Source: a virus
Taxonomy: Duplodnaviria; Caudoviricetes
IMG/VR virus record: IMGVR_UViG_3300037789_000017
Span: 1-30,414 of that record
Reading direction: 5' to 3' (one strand)
Length of the DNA stretch: 30,414 nt
The translations under genes and the position numbers were made by a program. Shown here in pieces: positions 8,677-13,943 of this stretch (position 1 is its first letter; every line of letters starts with the position of its first letter). The notes under the pieces were generated by a model. It searched no databases. It was not told where the DNA came from and was given only the letters and a program-made list of their open reading frames with translations.

Positions 8677-9435
8677 ATGGCCAAAGCTGGCAAAACCTTC
8701 ATCATCTACGACGGTCCGTCATTGCTGGATGGGGAACGTATCATCGTCCTAGCTCAACAGGGCAGCACGAACCGCAAGACTGGCGGTATGATGCAGACCT
8801 ATATCCTTCGTGCTGACATGGACCCGATCACCGCAAGCCGCACCGGGGCTGATTTCTCGATCTGTGGCAACTGTCCACACAAGGGCAAGGCACACGACGG
8901 GGACAGCGGACAAGCCAAGGATCGCACCTGCTACGTTACGCTGGCCCATGGTCCGCTTGGCAAGTGGAAGGCATGGCAGCGCGGGGCTTACGAGGCTATC
9001 AACGGCCATGCCGCCATTGCTGCAGCCGGGGCCGGTCAGATGGTCCGCATTGGCACCTATGGCGACGGGGCCGCAGTGCCCTCTTACATCTGGGACAGCT
9101 TGTGCTCCGATGCTACCGGCTGGACCGCCTACACCCACCAGAACGGGGTGGACGGGGCCGCGACCGATCCTAAGCGCTACATGACCAGTGCTGAAAGCGA
9201 AGGCCACGCACAAGCTGCATGGGCCATGGGTCAGCGGACGTTCCGTGTGATCGCTGACGTTGCTGACGTGGTCAAGGGCAAGGAAATCTTGTGCCCTGCC
9301 AGTGAGGAAGCTGGGATGCGGACCACCTGCGAGAAATGCGGTCTCTGCGCTGGGGCAGCGGTCAAGGCGAAGTCGATTGCGATTGTCGCCCATGGCACCG
9401 CCAAGCGCAAAGCGAAGGCCCTTGTTGCGGCGTGA
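8677..9435 (+). CDS. First early gene: Cys-rich, probable Fe-S/radical-SAM-like enzyme
   Basis: ATG 8677 with SD GGGGAG, 252 aa. Motifs 'CGNCPH...CYV', 'VRIGTYGD', 'YTHQ', 'CPAS...CEKCGLC'. The family call is from memory of similar phage proteins. Confidence 0.7.
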   Translation: MAKAGKTFIIYDGPSLLDGERIIVLAQQGSTNRKTGGMMQTYILRADMDPITASRTGADFSICGNCPHKGKAHDGDSGQAKDRTCYVTLAHGPLGKWKAWQRGAYEAINGHAAIAAAGAGQMVRIGTYGDGAAVPSYIWDSLCSDATGWTAYTHQNGVDGAATDPKRYMTSAESEGHAQAAWAMGQRTFRVIADVADVVKGKEILCPASEEAGMRTTCEKCGLCAGAAVKAKSIAIVAHGTAKRKAKALVAA

Positions 9436-9436
9436 T

Positions 9437-9453
9437 CTATGCAGACTGGCAAA
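9437..9453 (+). promoter_or_regulatory. Putative operator, 17-bp exact repeat of 16610-16626
   Basis: CTATGCAGACTGGCAAA, intergenic in both places. Confidence 0.6.
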
Positions 9454-9520
9454 GGCGAAACCGTCCAGCGATGGGCGGTCTGGCCGGGATGGGTTCCCGG
9501 TCACTGATGAGCCAACCCAT
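9454..9520 (+). ncRNA. Hammerhead ribozyme, type II with pseudoknot (cleavage after C9480)
   Basis: Stem II GGC 9454-9456/GCC 9511-9513; GAAA 9457-9460; stem III CCGTCCA-GCGA-TGGGCGG; GUC site; stem I TGGCCGGGA/TCCCGGTCA; CTGATGA 9504-9510; tail AACCCAT 9514-9520 complements ATGGGTT 9489-9495. Confidence 0.93.
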
Positions 9521-9533
9521 AGGAGAGAAAACC

Positions 9534-9995
9534 ATGGCCCACAAAGGCTTTTACATCCTCATTGAACACGGAAGCGCCAGCACCACCTATCGTGAGGGCG
9601 AGTTCCTCGGGACTAACCGCTACACCACCATGGAAGAGGTCAAACGGGCGCTCGATTGGCAGTATGCCGGGGGCTTCGATGCCGGGGACTACATCGTGGC
9701 GACCCCAAGCCCTATTCCGGGCATCTTGGAAGAGGTTGGCAAGGACGGTGAAACGCTCACCCCAATCGTTCCTGTGCTTGTTCATAAGGGGTTTCTGACA
9801 GAACGTGCATTCGCTGGTCTGCACCTCTCGATCTGGGGGGAACGTGGCATGAGCTTCGATAATCCGCACCGCTGGTCCCCTGACCGCATCCGCGAAGAGT
9901 TTGACCAGAACCCCGAGCTTACCTTGGCTGACCTTGGGCGGATCACTGGCCGCACCTTCCCGGCCTTGAAACGCATCCTGATGGGGGAGGCGTGA
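9534..9995 (+). CDS. Hypothetical early protein, possible C-terminal HTH
   Basis: ATG 9534 with SD AGGAG; C-terminal 'LTLADLGRITGRTFPALKRIL'. Confidence 0.65.
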   Translation: MAHKGFYILIEHGSASTTYREGEFLGTNRYTTMEEVKRALDWQYAGGFDAGDYIVATPSPIPGILEEVGKDGETLTPIVPVLVHKGFLTERAFAGLHLSIWGERGMSFDNPHRWSPDRIREEFDQNPELTLADLGRITGRTFPALKRILMGEA

Positions 9996-9998
9996 TCA

Positions 9999-10244
9999 AT
10001 GAAAACGATTGACCAACGGCAGCGACATTGGGTCAGGCCGGGGATGCTTGTGAAGGCCATAGGCTTCCACGGAAACACTGAAAGAGTGGTTGAGGGGGGT
10101 GTCTACACCGTCGTCAGGGTGGAGGAAGGTATTTTCCCTGACAGGCCCTACGTCACCGTCAAGGACGCTGATGGACGGGAACACTCTGGCTTCCACCTGA
10201 CCCGCTTCGCGTTGCTTGATGCAATCGGAAATGGGGAGGAGTGA
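9999..10244 (+). CDS. Hypothetical early protein (small beta-rich)
   Basis: SD GGAGG, 81 aa, tightly packed with neighbours. Confidence 0.65.
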   Translation: MKTIDQRQRHWVRPGMLVKAIGFHGNTERVVEGGVYTVVRVEEGIFPDRPYVTVKDADGREHSGFHLTRFALLDAIGNGEE

Positions 10245-10246
10245 TC

Positions 10247-10354
10247 ATGCAGGGACGTATCCGCAGCTTCCTGCTCGAGCTTCTCGGAGTCTTGTTCATT
10301 GCTATCTGGCTGGCTGGTCCGTGGATCATGTTCGCGGCGCTAGTCGAATGGTGA
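10247..10354 (+). CDS. Small membrane peptide (35 aa)
   Basis: SD GAGGAG; MQGRIRSFLLELLGVLFIAIWLAGPWIMFAALVEW. Confidence 0.55.
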   Translation: MQGRIRSFLLELLGVLFIAIWLAGPWIMFAALVEW

Positions 10355-10473
10355 GGCCACCTCTGTCTTGGGTGCCGCCTGCGCCGTTGCCACTCAGGCC
10401 TGCCACCTGTGAAGGCTGTGGGGCGCACACGTCGCCTTGCATCTGCCCATATTGTGGGCGTCCCAAGCAATGA
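10348..10473 (+). CDS. Small zinc-ribbon protein (41 aa)
   Basis: CEGCG...CPYCG; overlaps the previous stop. Confidence 0.5.
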   Translation: MVRPPLSWVPPAPLPLRPATCEGCGAHTSPCICPYCGRPKQ

Positions 10474-10538
10474 TCGACGACCCTTGCGACGACTGGTCTG
10501 GCAACGACCTCGCCCGCCTTTAGCGGCCCTGCCGTAGA

Positions 10539-10600
10539 TGACGCATCGCCTGTAGCCCTCGCCTGAGGGGGCTGCAGCACCATGCGCCAACGCATGAGCT
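10539..10600 (+). repeat. Structured intergenic element copy 1 (RNase III-site-like)
   Basis: TGACGCATCG + hairpin + CCATGCGCCAACGCATGAGCT; the flanks are identical in copy 2. Confidence 0.7.
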
Positions 10601-10622
10601 TGAACCACATGAGGAACCCACC

Positions 10623-10949
10623 ATGAGCACCAACAAAATCCGCACCCGTCGCCGCACCATCCGCAAGCTTCTGGATGGTCTCGAGGGGCGCTTTGTGTCT
10701 GTCACGTTCGCCAAGAAAGATGGCACCATCCGCAAGCTGACGATCCAGCCCCACGCTGTCGCCACACACCTCGCCGTGAACCCTTCACAGGCCGGTCTCA
10801 AGGCTGCCCGCACACGTCTCGAGCGTTACCCGAACCTGCTTCCCGTCTATGACGTGGCCGCTGGCCGGATCAAGTCGATCAACCTCGACAAGGTGTCTTC
10901 GATCCGCGTGGACAAGTCCGAACTGCTTGTCATGGAGGGTGCTGCCTGA
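10623..10949 (+). CDS. SH3/Sm-like beta-barrel protein (WYL_2-like)
   Basis: 'FVSVTFAKKDGTIRKL...VYDVAAGRIKSINLDKV' pattern; SD GAGG. Confidence 0.7.
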   Translation: MSTNKIRTRRRTIRKLLDGLEGRFVSVTFAKKDGTIRKLTIQPHAVATHLAVNPSQAGLKAARTRLERYPNLLPVYDVAAGRIKSINLDKVSSIRVDKSELLVMEGAA

Positions 10950-11006
10950 CGCATCGGTGTCCGCCCTGCCAGCCGGGGCGGCATCCCATGCGCCAACGCA
11001 TGAGCT
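10947..11006 (+). repeat. Structured intergenic element copy 2 (RNase III-site-like)
   Basis: TGACGCATCG 10947-10956 + a different hairpin + CCATGCGCCAACGCATGAGCT 10986-11006. Confidence 0.7.
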
Positions 11007-11025
11007 ACCACATAGGAGAACCCAC

Positions 11026-11094
11026 ATGCTTGACTACCTCGACGACGTGCTTGACCGTGTCCCGGCCAGCCTGCCTAAGGAGTACCGCAAATGA
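11026..11094 (+). CDS. 22-aa peptide
   Basis: Strong SD AGGAG; stop overlaps the next ATG (ATGA). Confidence 0.45.
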   Translation: MLDYLDDVLDRVPASLPKEYRK

Positions 11095-11396
11095 GCCTTG
11101 AACACCTGATTAACGCACCTGTGATCATGGTCCCGACCTCCGCCCTGCGAGAGGGTGACCTGATCCGCAACAACGGCTGCATCATGAGGATCAACGAGGT
11201 CCACGAGAGCGAAGGCCACGCACCTGATGAGAACGGGGCTGTGTACTGGTCCAAAGCCACCGTCGTGCATCGCTTCAACAGTACCATCCCGCTCGGCTGG
11301 CTCGACCGTGGCGAGAACGGGGAACGCACACTGTGGACGGTACAGGGCAACGACCTCGCCAAGTGGGCACGGGTAGCAGAAGGGGAAAAGACATGA
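11091..11396 (+). CDS. Hypothetical early protein
   Basis: SD TAAGGAG, ATGA coupling, 101 aa. Confidence 0.7.
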   Translation: MSLEHLINAPVIMVPTSALREGDLIRNNGCIMRINEVHESEGHAPDENGAVYWSKATVVHRFNSTIPLGWLDRGENGERTLWTVQGNDLAKWARVAEGEKT

Positions 11397-11626
11397 CCAA
11401 GATCAAACTCACAGGAAACAGCGTTGCACCAGAGGAAGCCCCGGTACGCACCGTCGACATGACACCCACGTGGGCCGCAGCGGCCCGCATCTACATCATG
11501 GCCTTGGAAAATGGGACCGGCGAGGGCAAACAGATGGCCCGCGAAGAGATCGAGCGCATGGGTATCCTTTTGGATAGCTTGATTGCCGCGCGTAAAGATG
11601 CTGGCGAGGGGGTTGCAGGGGCATGA
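11393..11626 (+). CDS. Hypothetical early protein
   Basis: ATGA overlap; 'TVDMTPTW' motif; 77 aa. Confidence 0.65.
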   Translation: MTKIKLTGNSVAPEEAPVRTVDMTPTWAAAARIYIMALENGTGEGKQMAREEIERMGILLDSLIAARKDAGEGVAGA

Positions 11627-11778
11627 TGAAAGGTCTACGCCAATCCGCATCACCCGCCTTGCTGCACGATCTGGGGAAGCAGGAGCGCCGCATCCGCTGG
11701 TCGAATGCAAAAGGCAATGGGAGCTTGAGTAAGACACGGCGGATCGCCCGTGTCTGTGCTTTGTTGGTGCTCGAGTAG
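11623..11778 (+). CDS. Small basic hypothetical protein (51 aa)
   Basis: ATGA overlap with the previous gene; fills the gap. Confidence 0.4.
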   Translation: MMKGLRQSASPALLHDLGKQERRIRWSNAKGNGSLSKTRRIARVCALLVLE

Positions 11779-11835
11779 AGTCGGAAGGGCTGCGTATCAC
11801 GACAGCCTGTCACTACACTATCACTCAGTGGGACA

Positions 11836-12075
11836 ATGAGTATGAACGTGAGAACTGTGTGCTTCCCTTTTGTTGGGGCTTTGGCTATCGAAACGAGGGG
11901 ACCATCATTCCAGTGGCTTAGGCCGCTGGTCGAGAGAGACCCGGAACAGGGAACAAGCATCAACTGCGGCAGAGTGGTGGTCTACATCACCTCATGCAGC
12001 GCGATGCAAAAGGAGAGAGAGAATGTCCGTAACTTCGACGCGCTTCTTGGCGAGGGTGGCGGCCCACTTCCTTAG
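11836..12075 (+). CDS. Hypothetical protein upstream of the regulator
   Basis: 79-aa ORF filling the gap; overlaps the next gene by 53 nt; weak SD. Confidence 0.4.
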   Translation: MSMNVRTVCFPFVGALAIETRGPSFQWLRPLVERDPEQGTSINCGRVVVYITSCSAMQKERENVRNFDALLGEGGGPLP

Positions 12076-12355
12076 GATCGACCCGGAAATGACCGTGTCG
12101 CGGGCGCATATCTTCCTACTGGTTCACCAGAAGGGGGAATGCACGGTGAGAGACCTCTGCACCAGCACAGGCTTGAACCAGTCCACCGTAGCACGACAGA
12201 TCGCTCTGCTGCACGACAAGCCACACCGGGGGGTGAAAGCAGGACTGGAGCTGGTGACGCTGCAGCCTGACCCGGAAGAGCCGCGCCGCATGTTGATCAG
12301 CCTGTCGCCCAAGGGCAAGCGCCTGATCGCGGAGCTTCAATCACTAGCTGACTGA
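12023..12355 (+). CDS. MarR-family winged-helix regulator (candidate repressor)
   Basis: SD AAGGAG, ATG 12023. 'TVRDLCTSTGLNQSTVARQI' HTH and 'DPEEPRRMLISLSPKG' wing; adjacent to the integrase. Confidence 0.85.
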   Translation: MSVTSTRFLARVAAHFLRIDPEMTVSRAHIFLLVHQKGECTVRDLCTSTGLNQSTVARQIALLHDKPHRGVKAGLELVTLQPDPEEPRRMLISLSPKGKRLIAELQSLAD

Positions 12356-12368
12356 GAGGAGAGAGACC

Positions 12369-13412
12369 ATGTCCAAGCAGCTACCCAAAGGCATCCGCAT
12401 GAGGGGTGCCAAGTACTTCGTTGATGTGACGGTCAGCGGGAACCGCCACACTGCCACCTGCGAGACGCTTGAGGAAGCCATTGCTACTCGCCTTCGCTTG
12501 CGTGGTGCTATGCAGGTTGGCCTTGATCCACGCACACCACGGGCCAACGCCAAGGGCTGGACCCTGCAGGAAGCGCTCGACAAGGTACTGTCCCTGCCCA
12601 AGCCTGAGGGCTGGCGTGGCTGTAGCTACGAGAACATCGCCCGCATGAACGTAGAGAGTGCAATCGAGGTCATGGGTCCTGACGTGCCACTGGCATCCAT
12701 CGACCGGGACATGATCGACCGTTGGCTGGCCGCGTGTGAAGCCAAAGGCAACAGTGACAGCACGATCAACCGCAAGATCAGCGCCCTGTCCAAGGTGCTC
12801 AAGACTGCCGTCGCTTTCGGGGGTCTGGCTGCCATGCCACACATGCCGAAGCTCAGGAAGGAAGCTGTTGGCAGGATCAGGCAGATCAGTGAGGCCGAAG
12901 AGCGTTCGATGCTCGACACGTTCGTCCAGCTCGGGATGCTCGACCACGCCGCTGCTGTCACTGTACTGATCGACACCGGCCTCCGCTGCTCTGAGCTGTG
13001 GAACGTGCGGGCCGAGGATGTTGACCTCAAGTCGGGGGTCATGCTGGTCTATGGGGCCGAGGGCAAGGGCACGAAGAACGGCAAGTACAGGTCGGTGCCT
13101 ATGACCAAGCGGGTGAAGCAGATCATGGGACGCCGCGCCGGTCAACCTCAGCCTTTCCCCTACGACAACACGTGGCTGCGCCACCCATGGGATCGGGTGC
13201 GTGGGATGATGGGTCTCAGCGGGGACAAGAACTTCGTGCCCCACGTCTGCCGCCACACCTGTGCTTCCCGTCTGGTCAAGGCCGGGGTCTCCCTGCCTGT
13301 GGTCAAGGACTGGCTCGGTCATGCCTCGATCACGACGACGATGAAGTACGCACACCTCATGCCACAGGACCTGATGAGGGCCGTGGCTGCACTGGAAGGA
13401 GACGCAGCATGA
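12369..13412 (+). CDS. int: Tyrosine recombinase / phage integrase
   Basis: Catalytic R (TGLRCSE), K (TKNG), HxxR (HVCRH), LGH and Y (TMKY); N-terminal arm-binding-like segment. Confidence 0.95.
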   Translation: MSKQLPKGIRMRGAKYFVDVTVSGNRHTATCETLEEAIATRLRLRGAMQVGLDPRTPRANAKGWTLQEALDKVLSLPKPEGWRGCSYENIARMNVESAIEVMGPDVPLASIDRDMIDRWLAACEAKGNSDSTINRKISALSKVLKTAVAFGGLAAMPHMPKLRKEAVGRIRQISEAEERSMLDTFVQLGMLDHAAAVTVLIDTGLRCSELWNVRAEDVDLKSGVMLVYGAEGKGTKNGKYRSVPMTKRVKQIMGRRAGQPQPFPYDNTWLRHPWDRVRGMMGLSGDKNFVPHVCRHTCASRLVKAGVSLPVVKDWLGHASITTTMKYAHLMPQDLMRAVAALEGDAA

Positions 13413-13609
13413 GCATCATGTATGGTGGGTACACCGCCGAACAGCTCGACAAGATGATCACCCATTACGAGGTGACTCAACACCTGCACGACACGCAGGC
13501 GTGGAAACACATGGCCATGGCTGCGGAGCTGGAGGTCAAGCGCCGGGAACTCGCCCGCATCGAGAACGAAATCACCGCACTCGTGAATGCCCTTGATCGC
13601 CGCGCATGA
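13409..13609 (+). CDS. Small coiled-coil hypothetical protein (66 aa)
   Basis: ATGA overlap with the int stop, SD AAGGAG. Confidence 0.6.
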   Translation: MSIMYGGYTAEQLDKMITHYEVTQHLHDTQAWKHMAMAAELEVKRRELARIENEITALVNALDRRA

Positions 13610-13679
13610 GAAGCGTATCTACTTGCAGCGTTTGTTGCGGACGTTGTTGCAGATGATGCAGCAACACGTTGCATATGTT

Positions 13680-13768
13680 GCGGGTGTGGTGGAACTGGTA
13701 GACACGCGGGATTTAGGTTCCCGTGCCTTTTCAATGGCTTGCAGGTTCGATCCCTGTCACCCGCACCA
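13680..13768 (+). tRNA. tRNA-Leu (anticodon TAG), 89 nt, CCA encoded
   Basis: Acceptor GCGGGTG/CACCCGC + ACCA; D-loop TGGTA; anticodon arm CGGGA-TTTAGGT-TCCCG; long variable arm; T arm GCAGG-TTCGATC-CCTGT. Confidence 0.95.
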
Positions 13769-13780
13769 AGCGCAGAAGAT

Positions 13781-13798
13781 TTAGGTTCCACCATTACA
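13781..13798 (+). promoter_or_regulatory. Putative phage RNAP promoter
   Basis: TTAGGTTCCACCATTACA consensus copy. Confidence 0.6.
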
Positions 13799-13834
13799 CG
13801 TTCACCACCTCGCATCGGTGGCTGGAACACCAAC

Positions 13835-13868
13835 AAAGCCTCGGCATATTCGCCGGGGCTTTTTCTTT
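13835..13868 (+). terminator. Rho-independent terminator after the tRNA
   Basis: AAAGCCTCGGC-ATATTC-GCCGGGGCTTTTTCTTT. Confidence 0.85.
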
Positions 13869-13943
13869 CGCTCGACATTCTCCAATCCGCATAAGATTGG
13901 AACGATCCGCAACATCTGTTGCTGCAACACGAGGAATACACGC

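Larger units (their letters stand above)
13633..13929. other. Putative attP region with TGTTGC arm-type sites flanking the tRNA
   Basis: TGTTGC/GCAACA at 13633, 13645, 13661, 13676 and 13909, 13917, 13924. TGTTGCGGA 13633-13641 is the inverted copy of TCCGCAACA 13906-13914. Confidence 0.6.

Noticed and set aside
10539-11006. Repeat pair as a CRISPR mini-array
   Set aside because: Only two copies ~400 bp apart with a gene between them; no cas genes.
11224-11240. CTGATGAG inside an early gene (also at 13371 in int and CTGATGA at 23087)
   Set aside because: No GAAA or stems in the required arrangement; these lie in coding sequence.
11774-11820. Possible third RNase III-like hairpin before the regulator genes
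   Set aside because: Only a short GGGCTG/CAGCCT stem is convincing and it lacks the conserved flanks of the other two elements.
13914-13920. ATCTGTT, the T7 class II pause/terminator heptamer
   Set aside because: A single 7-mer is expected by chance, it overlaps the arm-like repeats and it lacks a following U-run.
13818-13943. Upstream extension of the RNAP ORF (similar extensions at 8608, 18105, 18662, 19508, 27813)
   Set aside because: These run through terminators, ribozyme or att sequence, or overlap neighbouring genes. Downstream starts have better SD or coupling evidence.
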